Positions 1-11,365 of a stretch of DNA of 64,000 bases are shown piece by piece. This DNA is from Methanomassiliicoccaceae archaeon (GTDB lineage: Archaea > Thermoplasmatota > Thermoplasmata > Methanomassiliicoccales > Methanomassiliicoccaceae), in contig CAVSJV010000003.1 in the NCBI GenBank assembly GCA_963728405.1, positions 32,001 through 96,000 of the forward strand. The letters run 5' to 3'. Position 1 is the stretch's first letter, and each line of letters opens with the position of its first letter. The translations under genes and the position numbers were made by a program. The notes beneath the pieces are model-generated. The model was not told the origin of the DNA. It made no database searches and worked only from the letters and a program-made list of their open reading frames with translations.

Positions 1-1267
1 CCGCGGCTATCTGATCGACATTCTTGGTGAGGACCCATTCCAGGCGTTGCAGGGCCTTCTGCGATTCCCTCTGCTCGGTGACATCCTGGCCGACGAAAAG
101 ATATCCGATGAGCGCACCACTGCTGGAATGCAAAGTGGTCACTCTCCAGTCGATCTCCCTGACCCGGCCGTTCTTTGAGGTCAACTTCGCCGAGAATCCG
201 GCGCCGGAGGGCTCCTGGTCCGAGAGGGAGATGGCATTTTCGACCTTAGGACGATCCTCAGAGCTGACCATCACCTCCGACCAGTTACGGCCCTTCAGGT
301 CCTGGTCCGACCATTCCGAGACCTTTTCCAAGTAGGGGTTGGCACTGGTGATCGCCCCATCGAGGTCGGTCATGAAGATGGGGGCCCCGGCCGAGCGGAC
401 AAGCCTCTCCGCATACTCTTTCTGCTCCGTTAGGGACGCTTCGTTCCTCTTCATCGACAGGAACACCAGCTTGTTCGGCGCGGTTATCCCTGTTCTTACT
501 ACGGCCAGAAAGATAAGGTAAAAGGCGAGAGCAGAGGTAAGGTGTCCCAGTAGGTTCAGAATGCTAAAGAAGTCGAAGTATAGGGTGAAATAGAACTCAG
601 ACACCCCGGTCAGGACGACTGCAACTAGGAGTAGGTCGAAGACCTTAGTATCGAACTCCCCTCGTTTTCTCACCAGGAAGTAGGCCGAGAGGGCCAGGAT
701 GAAAATGATGATGTATTCACTATAGACCTTGAAGGGGGTCAATCCGGAGCCGTCAATATAGGTAACGGGGAAGAGGCCACCGAAGATCAGCCCCAGCAGT
801 AGCGCCGCAACGGCCAGATACCCGATCAAGACCGCCCCCCACCTCATCCTTCTCCCCAATACGAACGTGGCCAGCAACATCGAGAACGCAAGAACGGACC
901 TTTCTGCCACCCACAACTGAGTGGGCAGGTCCGTGGTCGCTCCAGGAACGATGTTCATGCCTTTGTAGGATACAACATGGGCGATATTGAGGATGCCAAC
1001 GCACAGCGCCGCCACCCCCACCAGAACCAGGTAATTATTACCGATGTATGGGCGGGAGTTCCAGAGGATCACAAAGGTGCACAGCAAGATCACCGTGATC
1101 ATTATCTCCGTTATGGTATGGAACAGCGGATAGCTCACACCTGAGATGACGATAAGCAGGGTGATGATCGTTGCTCCTCCGATGAGCTCGGTCAGATGAC
1201 CCCTAATGCCGGAATACTGTCTTGCGACCGCCTCACCGGGACCACTTGGTTCGGCCCCTTGCCCCAT
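1..1267 (-). CDS. MASE3 membrane sensor plus PAS domain protein (probable histidine kinase), runs off the window
   Basis: Hand translation from ATG 1267: YPLFHTITE...WNSR...NNYLVLVG...SYKGMNI...TQLWVAER is MASE3-like, followed by PAS-like PIFMTDLDGAITSANP. Absent from the ORF track, probably because no stop falls inside the window. Confidence 0.8.
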   Translation of the reverse strand, partial: MGQGAEPSGPGEAVARQYSGIRGHLTELIGGATIITLLIVISGVSYPLFHTITEIMITVILLCTFVILWNSRPYIGNNYLVLVGVAALCVGILNIAHVVSYKGMNIVPGATTDLPTQLWVAERSVLAFSMLLATFVLGRRMRWGAVLIGYLAVAALLLGLIFGGLFPVTYIDGSGLTPFKVYSEYIIIFILALSAYFLVRKRGEFDTKVFDLLLVAVVLTGVSEFYFTLYFDFFSILNLLGHLTSALAFYLIFLAVVRTGITAPNKLVFLSMKRNEASLTEQKEYAERLVRSAGAPIFMTDLDGAITSANPYLEKVSEWSDQDLKGRNWSEVMVSSEDRPKVENAISLSDQEPSGAGFSAKLTSKNGRVREIDWRVTTLHSSSGALIGYLFVGQDVTEQRESQKALQRLEWVLTKNVDQIAA

Positions 1268-1503
1268 CCCTATCGACGATGGTTTGTACAGTTTATAAAT
1301 TCGTGCAATGTTCATCAAGGACCACGGATATGGTGTCGTCCTTCCAGCCCCAAAGGGGCGATGCTGTTGTGGAACAGGGAGCCGACGATACAATACAAAA
1401 TGCCCCCCTAAAACACCCCCTGTGCCCGATCGATTGCATTTGTCACAGATCCACACCGATTCCGCGGACCGCAGTGGTGGGCCGCCCTAAGATAGAGTAA
1501 AAT

Positions 1504-2706
1504 ATGGCGTTCAATCTCTTCGACCATATGGAACCGGAGGTGGTGGTCATCGGCGGCGGCCCGGTCGGCAGCACATTCGCGGCCCAGACCGCATCCTGCT
1601 CCACCATCGTGATCGAGGAGCATGAGGAGATCGGCTCCCCAGTGCAATGCACTGGTCTCGTCCATCCACGGGTCGTGGAGATGGCCCGGGCCGAGGGCAC
1701 CGTCCTCAACACCATCACCGGGTTCCGACTTGTTCTCCCGGGTGGGCGGAACCTGGAGGTCCGTTCTGGCGAGACCAAGGCGGTGGTCATCGACCGTGTG
1801 AAGTTCGACCGCATCTGTAGCTCGAGGGCCGAGGAAGAGGGCGCGGACATACTCACCGGCCTTGAGTTCAAGGGGTTCCAGCGCGATGGGCGTCGGTTGC
1901 GGATCAAACTGAAAGGCCCGAACGGCCCAGAGGAGCTGAGCACCGACCTGCTGGTCGGCGCGGACGGCTACAAGTCCCGGGTGGGGAAAGAGGCCGGGAT
2001 CGGTCCCCCTCGCGAGGTGGTGCGGGGAATCCAGGTCGACCTGGACGTTCGGATGGACGAACAGTCGCTGGTCGAAGTGCTCATCGGGCAGAAGGTGGCT
2101 CCGGGCTTCTTCGCCTGGGTCCTGCCCTGCGGCGACTTCACCCGGGTCGGGCTGGGCGTGGCGAACGCCAATGGGGCTCCGAGCAAGTACCTGAGCGCGC
2201 TTATAAAGCAGAAGGGGCTGGAGGGCGCCGAGAGGCTGAGGATCATCTCCGGAGCGATCCCCATCGGCCCGCCCAAGAGGACCTACGCGGACAATATCCT
2301 CATCGTTGGGGACGCCGCTGCTCAGACCAAACCGCTATCCGGCGGAGGGCTGTATACGGGCATGAGGGCGGCGCGGTGGGCGGCGATGACCGCGGTGGAG
2401 GCGATCAAGGAGAAGGACCTGAGCGCCAAGCGGCTGTCCGAATATGAGGCCCGCTGGAGGGCGGACCTCGGGAAGGAGCTGGACCGGGGCCTGCTCATCC
2501 GCCGGGCCTTCGTCAAGATGACCGACAAGAAGCTCGATGAGGTCGGCCGCTTGCTGGACCGCAACGATGCCAAGGTGGTGCTGGCCACCGGGGACATCGA
2601 TTACCCGTCCAAGATCGCTTCTCCGCTCCTGAGGGCGGTGCCGTCGATCATCAAGTTCTCGCCCCATCTGATCGGTTCGCTCATCAGGGGAGCAAACGGT
2701 AAATAG
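1504..2706 (+). CDS. Geranylgeranyl reductase family FAD-dependent oxidoreductase
   Basis: VVIGGGPVG dinucleotide motif, PVQC, FFAWVLP, GDAAAQTKPLSGGG. Confidence 0.9.
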   Translation: MAFNLFDHMEPEVVVIGGGPVGSTFAAQTASCSTIVIEEHEEIGSPVQCTGLVHPRVVEMARAEGTVLNTITGFRLVLPGGRNLEVRSGETKAVVIDRVKFDRICSSRAEEEGADILTGLEFKGFQRDGRRLRIKLKGPNGPEELSTDLLVGADGYKSRVGKEAGIGPPREVVRGIQVDLDVRMDEQSLVEVLIGQKVAPGFFAWVLPCGDFTRVGLGVANANGAPSKYLSALIKQKGLEGAERLRIISGAIPIGPPKRTYADNILIVGDAAAQTKPLSGGGLYTGMRAARWAAMTAVEAIKEKDLSAKRLSEYEARWRADLGKELDRGLLIRRAFVKMTDKKLDEVGRLLDRNDAKVVLATGDIDYPSKIASPLLRAVPSIIKFSPHLIGSLIRGANGK

Positions 2707-2727
2707 CCCGGTCCTTTTTTCTCGGGC

Positions 2728-3750
2728 ATGCTCCTCGCCAAGGTTCCCCGCTCCCAGGCCGAACAGGTCCGGAAGGTGCTCTTCCGCAAGCGCCTGGGCT
2801 GCAAGGACCGTCGCATCCGGACCGACGGGGACCACATGCTCATCCCGCTCAAGGCCGAACCGCCCCCCGAACTGATCGCGGAGCTGGGCCTCGTGCTGAT
2901 GGACGGAGATGTAAGGGGCAAGACCTGCTACCGGCCGCCCTACGACCTGGTGGTGGAATCGGCTCAGGTCCCCCCGGAGCTGAAGGGGCACTTCCCCCGC
3001 CACTGGGAGATGCTGGGCGATGTTCTCGTCCTCCGTCTGCCGGATGAGCTTGTTCCCCATCAGAGGGCGGTGGCCGAAGCGTATGCCGGGGTCCTGAACG
3101 CCCGCACCGTGCTGAAGGACCGGGTCCGCATCGACGGGGTCTTCCGCACCCCCGACATGGAGGTGCTGTGGGGCCACGGGACCGAGACGGTCCACTACGA
3201 GAACGGCCTCTTCTACAAGCTGGACGCGGGCCGCATCATGTTCTCTTCCGGTAACATCGACGAGAAGCTTCGCATGGCCTCACTGGATTGCCGCGGCGAG
3301 ACGGTGGTGGACATGTTCGCTGGGATAGGTTACTTCACTCTTCCCCTGGCGGTGCATGCGCACGCATCTACGATCATTGCCTGCGAGATCAATCCGCTGG
3401 CCTTCCACTACCTTGAGGAGAACATCAGACTGAACAGGGTCGGGTCGATAGTACGGCCAGTGTTGGGAGATAATAGGGAGCTTCCGGGCCAAGGGATCGC
3501 CGACCGGGTCATCATGGGCTACGTCCGGACGACCGCGCAGCACCTGGAGAAGGCGTTCGCGCTGGTGCGGAAGAACGGCATCATCCACTACCAGGACACA
3601 TTCCCGCTGGAAGTGTTCCCCCAGATGGCCATCGACAATGTCACTGAAGCGGCCAAGGGAAGGAAGTTCAGGATCGAACTTGTTCGTGAGGTGAAGTCCT
3701 ACTCGCCGGGCGTCTCCCACATGGTCCTGGACATCCGGGCCTTAGACTAA
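2728..3750 (+). CDS. Trm5/Taw2 (Met-10+) family SAM-dependent tRNA modification enzyme
   Basis: MFSSGNIDEKLRM, VVDMFAGIGYFTLP, EINP, VKSYSPG motifs. Confidence 0.85.
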   Translation: MLLAKVPRSQAEQVRKVLFRKRLGCKDRRIRTDGDHMLIPLKAEPPPELIAELGLVLMDGDVRGKTCYRPPYDLVVESAQVPPELKGHFPRHWEMLGDVLVLRLPDELVPHQRAVAEAYAGVLNARTVLKDRVRIDGVFRTPDMEVLWGHGTETVHYENGLFYKLDAGRIMFSSGNIDEKLRMASLDCRGETVVDMFAGIGYFTLPLAVHAHASTIIACEINPLAFHYLEENIRLNRVGSIVRPVLGDNRELPGQGIADRVIMGYVRTTAQHLEKAFALVRKNGIIHYQDTFPLEVFPQMAIDNVTEAAKGRKFRIELVREVKSYSPGVSHMVLDIRALD

Positions 3751-5277
3751 ACTTTCTCCAGGACCTCGTTGGAGCCCGAAGCTTCCAATATGAGCTTGAG
3801 CGCGTTGGCGTAGTCGTCCCCCTTCTCCTCGAGCAGTCGCTTGGCGAACGGGGCGAGATAGTTGCCGTAGTCCATCTCTTCGCGAGTGAACTGCCACGCC
3901 TTGGTCTGCCCCTCGCCCAGCGCGCCGAGGAAGCCAAAGGAGACGGAGCGGAGCTTGTGATCTCCGCCCTTGGTCTTCTCGATCTGCCGGAGCGCCGCCT
4001 CCTTTCCTTCGGTCTTGAAGATGCGGGCGATGTGGTCGGCATAGCTTCCCACCGGACCGAGCTTGCGGAACGAGGGCAGGGCGGCCTCGACCTCCTTGTA
4101 CCCTTCGACCCGTGCCGCCTCCACCACCATCTGTGAGGGGGTCAGCTCGGAGCGCTCTGCCAGCACCCTCTTCACTACATCTGGGGATGAGACCGCCGCC
4201 AGCAGTGCATCGCGGTGCTCCGGCCATAGGTCGGAGATGAGGTTGGCCGTCTGGTCGGTCCTTGACAGCACGCACATCTTGTTCGCGGAGAGGAACTTGG
4301 AGATCGCCTTCTTCTCGGCATCGGAGCCGCGGAGGGCGTCGAGGAACCGCTGGCGGTCCTTGCCGTAGCATTCGTCGCCGATCAGATACACCTCGTCCTC
4401 CTGTTCCCTGATCGCCTTGGCCCTTGATCGGGCGTGCTCGTCGAGCAGGTCGGAGTCGGTGATCTCCGCCTTCAGGTACCGCTTGATGAGGTCCTTCGGT
4501 AGCGTGTAGGCGCCCTTGACCCCGCAGTCCGGGCAGTTGGAGGTGCACTTCAGGTCGCTGATGACCTCGACCTCGAAATCGTCGGTAGGGTCCTTGGCAG
4601 CGATGCGGCTAGCCAGCACGTGAACGACGTTGGCATCCTTGGCACAGGCCGGGCAGATGGTCAAGGTGGCCTTCGCGCCCCTCCAATGGACCTTGATGCC
4701 CCGGCCATCCTTGACGTGGGGGCAATTGCCCTGGTCGTCCAGGTCATAGGGGAGCAAAGAGATCGCCTCGTCCACGCTACTCCTGCGGCGGGGCCGCGCC
4801 GTCCGGGGAGCAGATGGCGCATTCTTCCGTCGAGTAGATGTGCAGTCCCCGCTTCTGGGCCGCATCCCACAGCGCTAGGAGGCGGAACTCGGGATGATCG
4901 TAATGCTGGACGCCGATGAGCTTGTTCTTGTCCACCTTCCCCCGGACGGCGTAGGAGACCTCTCCCAAGGGCGTGCGGGCGGCGGCCAGGTAGGGGATCT
5001 TTCCGGCGAGGTGCAATGAGATGGTGGCGGCATAGGCGCGGACCAGGTGGTCCCCCCAGTTCATGGAGAACTCCAGCTTCTTGGGGTCGAGCCGGCGCTC
5101 CGCGACCTTGGCCATCTTGACCTGGGCCTTTTTCAGGTCGCACCTCCGGCATTCCTTGGTGCATCTGGGCATGAGCAGTTTTGGGTCTAATGCCAGCATC
5201 CTTGATTTTTCCAGAAGGTCCTTCTCAAGGGTCTTGGGGGCGGCCTTGGCGCCCCGGAACCTCGCACGGCGTCCCAT
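3747..5277 (-). CDS. Hypothetical Cys-rich protein (~510 aa), split by one frameshift near 4780
   Basis: ORF 4777-5277 and the C-terminal part of ORF 3747-4865 join at PPQE/YVDEAISLL; several Cys motifs. Confidence 0.7.
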
Positions 5278-5407
5278 ATACCGCCCCTACGTTGCGGGGA
5301 TTCTTAAGGGTTAGGATGGAATCCGTCGCCTCGATCTCGGATTTTATTCATTGTTTCCTGGCGAGAGCGTCACTATCTGGTATAATTATCCTAATTCAAG
5401 CATATTC

Positions 5408-6166
5408 ATGAACGAAGATATTTATCCGCGGATGGTGTTGCCAGGCCGGGATGCATTGTCCGAAGGTCAGGACTATTATCGCGGCTATGTCAAGGGCTAT
5501 GAGAGGGGCCTTAACCAGGCATGGGACGAGCTCATCGGCCTCACCACCAAAGGGTTCAGCCCCAGGGAGATCCAGGTGATGGCCAAGAGCAAGCGCCAGT
5601 CCATCAACCAGATGGTCAAGGACGTCAAGCTCAATATCAAGGAGGAGACCGGCATCGACCTGATCACCAAGCCATCGGTGAAGGTCAGCGGCAGCAAGGT
5701 GGTACCAGGCAACGCCTACATCATCGAGAGCAATTCGGTCACTCGAGCCTTAACCATCATGAACGAGCTGACCTCCGACGGCACCAAGGGCATGTGCATT
5801 CTGAGAAGCTTTCCCGGCAACTTCCAAGGCGCCCTCAACGAGAGTATCGCTTCGTTCTGGCTGACCAAACATGAGAGTGGCGGGCGGGACGACGGCCTCT
5901 ACCCTACATTCTCCCCGTCGGAGATGGCCAAGATCATCACCGAGACCAAGAAGTTCATGCTGGAGGAGGAGAGCAGGGTCGTGCTGCTGGAAGGGATCGA
6001 GTATCTCATCATCCAGAACGATCTCAACGGTGTGCTGAAGTTCCTGCAGGCCCTGGTGGACCAGGTCGTCATCACCAAGAGCGTTCTACTGCTGGCCATC
6101 TACCCCGCGGCCATGGATGACCGCGCCCTCAGCAACCTGAAGTGCAACATCGGCTCGATGCTGTGA
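5408..6166 (+). CDS. DUF835-domain protein (inactive KaiC-like ATPase fold)
   Basis: GMCILR, FWLT, VVLLEGIEYLIIQN and LKFLQAL motifs. Confidence 0.8.
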   Translation: MNEDIYPRMVLPGRDALSEGQDYYRGYVKGYERGLNQAWDELIGLTTKGFSPREIQVMAKSKRQSINQMVKDVKLNIKEETGIDLITKPSVKVSGSKVVPGNAYIIESNSVTRALTIMNELTSDGTKGMCILRSFPGNFQGALNESIASFWLTKHESGGRDDGLYPTFSPSEMAKIITETKKFMLEEESRVVLLEGIEYLIIQNDLNGVLKFLQALVDQVVITKSVLLLAIYPAAMDDRALSNLKCNIGSML

Positions 6167-6284
6167 GCGAACAGCGGCAGATGAGATCGGGCACCGCCCC
6201 GCCGCTCAGGTAGTTCGGCGCTTCATCGATGGGGCATGGCTTCGGCCAATGTACAGCCCCGTGGATCGACCGTCTTGATCTCTA

Positions 6285-6557
6285 TCATTTCGACAGATAG
6301 ATCTCGATCGACGATACGTTATTGCTCTGACCGCCCTCGTCGGTCAACTGCTCGGTGTCGATCTTGATGTCCATGACCTTGGCGTCCCGGACGAAGCGAT
6401 GACGGACGATCTCCGCCACGTCCACCGCCCGGCTGATGGCCTTCCCGCGGGCCTTGATGATGACGTCATTTGAGCCGCCGTTGAACTGGGTGGCCACGGC
6501 CAGCACGTAGTTCATGGTGGGTTTCTTGCCGATGTAGACGGTGTTCTCCTCGGACAT
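6285..6557 (-). CDS. albA: DNA/RNA-binding protein Alba
   Basis: [36 protein letters not shown]. Confidence 0.97.
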   Translation of the reverse strand: MSEENTVYIGKKPTMNYVLAVATQFNGGSNDVIIKARGKAISRAVDVAEIVRHRFVRDAKVMDIKIDTEQLTDEGGQSNNVSSIEIYLSK

Positions 6558-6652
6558 GCTCGATCCCTGTGATCTAGACAAATGAACTACGAGCGCCATA
6601 TTAATCGTTTGTTGGAAAAAGTAATAATTGCTGGCCTTGCGGCCAGAGATGC

Positions 6653-7291
6653 TCAGTACTGACGATGCTCGGTGAAGTAGCGCATCATGATGCGACGCTG
6701 TCCCTTGCGCAGGATCTCCGAAAGCGTAGAGGTCGAGATGTTGAACATCTTGGCCAGCTCCCGGAGCCCGATGCGGCGCGGGAAGTCAAAGTAACCGCGC
6801 TCGAACGCCATGCGAGTGATCTGCTCCTGGCGCATCGTCAGCTCGTCGGTGTCGGTCATCTCGGTCAACTTTACGAGCTTAGGCTTGGCGTTGATCTTCT
6901 TCAGGTTGTCGATCAATTCGGCCAGTGACTTCTTCTGCGTCACCAGCATCGTCCAGCTCAACCGGCCTTCCTTGGTGGTGGTCGAGCTGGTCAGGAAGCA
7001 TTCAGAACCGGCGAGCAGGCGGCAGACCACGCAGTGGTTGGTCGAGAAGACCGCCAAGGCCTTACCCTTATCGATAGCGCTGATGTCGACGTTGAAGATG
7101 TTAGGGTTGTTGCGGACCTGCTCAATGATCTTTGGAAGGTCCTCCTCGTTCTCGACCTCGATCTGCACAAGGTCCCGGACCCCCTCCTTCATCGCCTTCG
7201 AATCGATGATCTTGATGACCGAGGGGTACTGCTCCACCACATCAGTAATCCAGTTATCTGGCAGCTCCAATGATACGATCGCTTCCATCAT
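6653..7291 (-). CDS. HTH_10 (bacterio-opsin activator-type) transcriptional regulator
   Basis: [28 protein letters not shown]...[10 protein letters not shown]. Confidence 0.9.
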   Translation of the reverse strand: MMEAIVSLELPDNWITDVVEQYPSVIKIIDSKAMKEGVRDLVQIEVENEEDLPKIIEQVRNNPNIFNVDISAIDKGKALAVFSTNHCVVCRLLAGSECFLTSSTTTKEGRLSWTMLVTQKKSLAELIDNLKKINAKPKLVKLTEMTDTDELTMRQEQITRMAFERGYFDFPRRIGLRELAKMFNISTSTLSEILRKGQRRIMMRYFTEHRQY

Positions 7292-7315
7292 TGCTATCTC
7301 TGCCCGTTATGCGGT

Positions 7316-8568
7316 CTAAGGATAAATCCCTCGCAGCTCCATCGCTTTCACTACTTCCTGCACCGCCAGGACTGTACGCTCCGGTCCGCAGATCGGTCTT
7401 CTTCTCCGAGGCGGTCGTGTACACCCGATTGAACGCCGCGGTCATGATACGGTTGAGGCGTTCGTTGACCTCCGCGAGAGACCAGAAGAAGAACTGCAGG
7501 TCCTGCACCCATTCGAAGTATGAGACCGTGACCCCGCCCGCATTGGCCAGCACGTCCGGGATGAGCATCATTCTACGCTCGAAGAGGATGCTGTCCGCTT
7601 CCGGGAGGGTCGGTCCGTTCGCTCCCTCCGCCACGATCTGCGCCTTTATCCGGTCAGCGTTGGCACCGGTGATGACACCTTCCAGCGCGGCCGGTACCAG
7701 AACGGTGCAGTCCAGCTCGAGCAGTTCTTCGTTCGTGATGTTGGTGGCCTGGAAAAAATCCTTGACCGAGCCTGTGACCCTCTTGTGCGCCTCCACCTTC
7801 ATGATGTCCAGACCCGACGGGTCGTAGATCCCCCCGCTGGAATCAGATACTGCCACTACCTTCATGCCCAGCTCGTCCCTCAACAACCGTGCGGCGTTTC
7901 CGCCAACGTTGCCGAAGCCCTGGACGGCCACGGTGGACTGCTTAGGGTCCATCTTCCGGGCGTTCATGGCCTCCCGCACGCAGTACATCAGGCCGCGGGA
8001 TGTGGCCTCGCTCCTCCCCTCCGAACCGCCCAGGGGCAGCGGCTTGCCGGTGACGACCGAGGGAGTGGGCTCCCCAATGGTCATCGAATAGGTGTCCATG
8101 ATCCAGGCCATGGTCTGGGCGTCGGTGTACACGTCCGGGGCCATGATGTCCACTTCCGGTCCGATAATGGGGGAGACCTCGACGGTGAACCGCCGGGTCA
8201 TGCGCTCGAGCTCCCCCTTGCTCATGGCCTTGGGGTTGCAGATAATGCCACCCTTCGCCCCGCCGTAAGGGATGCCCACGGTGGCGCACTTCCAGGTCAT
8301 CCACATCGACAAGGCACGAACCTCGTCCAGGGATACGTTAGGATGATATCTCAGACCGCCCTTGCACGGCCCCCGGGCGCTGTTGTGCTGGACCCGGTAG
8401 CCGGTGAACACCCGGATGTTGCCATCGTCCATCTTGACCGGGAAATTGGTGGTGAATTCCCTCTTAGGCCGGGTCAGCATCTCCACCATGCCCTTGTTCA
8501 GACCTAACATGTCCCCGACAGTTATGCACCTGGCCTACGGCGACCTGATACGGATTGAACTTGTCCAT
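7316..8568 (-). CDS. gdhA: Glutamate dehydrogenase (frameshifts near both ends)
   Basis: GPCKGGLRYHP, GGAKGG, VQGFGNVG, NAGGVTVSYFEW. The true termini MDKFNPYQ (8568) and ELRGIYP* (7316) lie in other frames. Confidence 0.93.
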
Positions 8569-8667
8569 GTGATCTCCTCACTTCCCAGACCCATCCCCTG
8601 AAAGGTCAATTAGTTCAATCGTGTTTATGTGATATAAGCTTCCACCAAATAACATCGAGGCCCCCGA

Positions 8668-10389
8668 ATGACCAACGCCGAGATCGCCAGCATCCTGTAC
8701 GAGTTCGCCGAGCTGATGGACCTGAAGGACGACATGTTCAAGCGGAACGCCTACCGCAAGGCGGCCCAGAGCATCGAATCGCTGGACGGGGACGTGCGAA
8801 CCTATTATGAGCAGGGGAAGCTGGAAAGGATCCCTGGCGTCGGCAAGGCCATCGCCCAGAAGATCATAGAGGTGCTCGATACCGGCCGATCGAGGAGGCT
8901 TGAAGAACTGCGGCTGGAGTTCCCGCCCGGCATCATCGAACTGATAAAGGTGCCGGAGATCGGGCCGAAGACGCTTGTCCGCCTCTACCAGGAGCTGGGG
9001 GTCAAGAACCTAGAAGAGCTGAAGCAGGCCGCCCTCCAGCACCGCATCAGGGACCTTAAGGGGTTCGGCGAGAGGTCCGAGGACAATATCCTCAGGGGCA
9101 TCGATATCGTGCTGGGACAGAGCGGCAGGATGCTGCTCGGGGACGCCCTGCCGATCGCCCAGACCATCGCCGGATACCTGCGGGACCGGGGCGGGTGCCA
9201 TCACGTCAGCGTGGCCGGAAGTCTGCGGCGAATGAAAGAGACCATCGGAGACATCGACCTTCTGGCCGGGAGCGACGAGCCGATGAATGCCATGGACCTT
9301 TTCACATCGTACCCTCGAGTGGCGTCCGTCATCTCCAAGGGGCCGACCCGCTCCACCGTCCGCCTGAACAACGGCACCCAGGTGGACCTGCGGGTCGTCC
9401 CGGCCTCCAGCTACGGGGCGGCGCTGCAGTACTTCACCGGCTCCAAGGAGCATAACGTGGAGATGCGGCGGATCGCCATCCAGCAAGGCTACAAGCTCAA
9501 TGAGTACGGCCTGTTCAGGAAGGACGATGAGAGCAAGGTGGCGGGGGCGGACGAGGAAGAGATCTACCGCATCCTGGGCCTTGACCATATCCCTCCGGAA
9601 ATGAGGGAGGATCGGGGCGAGATCGAGGAAGCCCAGAAGCACCGCCTGCCCAAGCTCGTGCACCTGAAGGACATTAAAGGCGATTTTCACATCCACACGG
9701 TCATGAGCGACGGTCATGCCACCATGCGGGAGGTCGCCACCGAAGCAAAGCGCCGCGGCTACGAGTATATCGGGGTCACCGACCACTCGCGATCGCTGCG
9801 CATCGCCAACGGGTTGAGCATCGACGACCTGCTCGCGTCGGTGGAGGAGGCGAAACAGCTCACCGGAGAGCTGGGCATCGATGTGCTGAGGGGGACCGAG
9901 GTCGACATCATGGAGGATGGTTCGCTCGACTACCCAGACGATGTGCTGTCCCAGCTGGACTATGTGATCGGCTCGGTCCATTCGCACTTCAAGATGGAGA
10001 GGGAGGAGATGACCGAGCGCGTGCTGAAGGCCATGTCGGACCAGGAGCTGAACATCCTCGGGCACCCGTCGGGACGGCTTATCGGCAAGCGGGAGGCGTA
10101 CCACATTGACCTGGACCGAGTGATGAGGGAAGCGAGCAGGATGGGCGTCATGCTCGAGCTGAATGGCTTCCCCGACCGCATGGACCTGAACGACCTCAAT
10201 TGCCGCAAGGCCAAGGAGCGCGGGGTGATGCTGTCCCTGGGGACGGACGCCCATCGCCTCGAACATCTGGACAACATGCAGCTGGCAGTAGGGACGGCCC
10301 GGAGGGGCTGGCTGGAGAAAGGGGACGTGCTGAACACCCGCTCGCTGGAAGAGGTGAAGAGAATATTCTCCCGCCCGGGAAGCACCTAA
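8668..10389 (+). CDS. polX: DNA polymerase X with PHP domain
   Basis: AYRKAA, GSLRRMKETIGDID, YFTGSKEHN, HIHTVMSDG, TDH, TDAH. Confidence 0.95.
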   Translation: MTNAEIASILYEFAELMDLKDDMFKRNAYRKAAQSIESLDGDVRTYYEQGKLERIPGVGKAIAQKIIEVLDTGRSRRLEELRLEFPPGIIELIKVPEIGPKTLVRLYQELGVKNLEELKQAALQHRIRDLKGFGERSEDNILRGIDIVLGQSGRMLLGDALPIAQTIAGYLRDRGGCHHVSVAGSLRRMKETIGDIDLLAGSDEPMNAMDLFTSYPRVASVISKGPTRSTVRLNNGTQVDLRVVPASSYGAALQYFTGSKEHNVEMRRIAIQQGYKLNEYGLFRKDDESKVAGADEEEIYRILGLDHIPPEMREDRGEIEEAQKHRLPKLVHLKDIKGDFHIHTVMSDGHATMREVATEAKRRGYEYIGVTDHSRSLRIANGLSIDDLLASVEEAKQLTGELGIDVLRGTEVDIMEDGSLDYPDDVLSQLDYVIGSVHSHFKMEREEMTERVLKAMSDQELNILGHPSGRLIGKREAYHIDLDRVMREASRMGVMLELNGFPDRMDLNDLNCRKAKERGVMLSLGTDAHRLEHLDNMQLAVGTARRGWLEKGDVLNTRSLEEVKRIFSRPGST

Positions 10390-10426
10390 AGTATATGTCA
10401 GGAGATGGGCTTATTGAGGGCGGAGA

Positions 10427-11365
10427 ATGAAAATGGGACTTATCGAGATCGCCGACTCCATCAAGAGCATGGAGATCAGAGGGGCCGGGCTCATCGCCCG
10501 CAGCGCCGCGGACGCGTTGAAGCAGCAGGCCCTCGATTACCAGGGCGGCGACCTCGCCGAGCTGAGGAAGCGGCTCGACACCGGAAAGAGACAGCTCATC
10601 GCCTCCCGTCCCACCGCCATCTCCCTGTGGAACGCGGTACAGGCGACCATGCGCGATGAGTCAGGAGCGAAGAGCGCGGAGGAGCTGCGCTCGTTGGTCG
10701 TTTCGAACGCTGACATGTTCATCGCCCGGTCCAGCAAGGCCGTGGATACGATCGGCAAGATCGGCTCCAAGCGGCTGAAGGACGGCATGACCGTCCTCAC
10801 GCACTGCAACAGCAAGGCCGCGCTCAGCGTCATCAAGGCCGCTCACACCGAAGGTAAGGACATCAAGGCCTACGCCACCGAGTCCCGACCATGGAGGCAG
10901 GGCTTGCTGACGGTGAAGGACCTCTCCGCGGCGGGTGTGCCAGCGACCCTCATCATCGACAGCGCGGTGCGGTGGATCATGAAAGATATCGACGTCGTCT
11001 TCGTCGGCGCCGACACCATCTGCTCGAACGGGGCGCTCATCAATAAGATCGGTACCTCCCAGGTGGCGCTGGCCGCCCACGAGGCCCGGGTACCCTTCGT
11101 CGTCTGCGCGGAGACGTACAAGTTCTCGCCAAAGACCGTTTCCGGCGAACTAGTGGAGATCGAGGAGCGGGAGGCCATGGAAATCGTGGACCCCCGTCAG
11201 TTGCCGCCCGGGGTCCAGGTCAGGAATCCCGTCTTCGACGCCACTCCGGCCGAATATATCGATTCCATCGTCACCGAGATCGGAGTGATCTCGCCGTATG
11301 CCGCTTACGAGGTCATAGTCAAGGAACTAGGACAGGGATCCATCTTTGAAGCTAATGAGGAATGA
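10427..11365 (+). CDS. Ribose-1,5-bisphosphate isomerase (eIF2B-like)
   Basis: MEIRGAG, SRPTAISL, LTHCNS, ESRP, GADTI, NKIGT, NPVFD; adjacent to RuBisCO. Confidence 0.92.
   Translation: MKMGLIEIADSIKSMEIRGAGLIARSAADALKQQALDYQGGDLAELRKRLDTGKRQLIASRPTAISLWNAVQATMRDESGAKSAEELRSLVVSNADMFIARSSKAVDTIGKIGSKRLKDGMTVLTHCNSKAALSVIKAAHTEGKDIKAYATESRPWRQGLLTVKDLSAAGVPATLIIDSAVRWIMKDIDVVFVGADTICSNGALINKIGTSQVALAAHEARVPFVVCAETYKFSPKTVSGELVEIEEREAMEIVDPRQLPPGVQVRNPVFDATPAEYIDSIVTEIGVISPYAAYEVIVKELGQGSIFEANEE

Noticed and set aside
7292-7318. Amber read-through from gdhA into the HTH regulator
   Set aside because: An in-frame TAA follows after two sense codons.
8668-10426. polX as part of the RuBisCO operon
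   Set aside because: The 37-nt gap has its own AT-rich TATA-like sequence and no functional link is evident.
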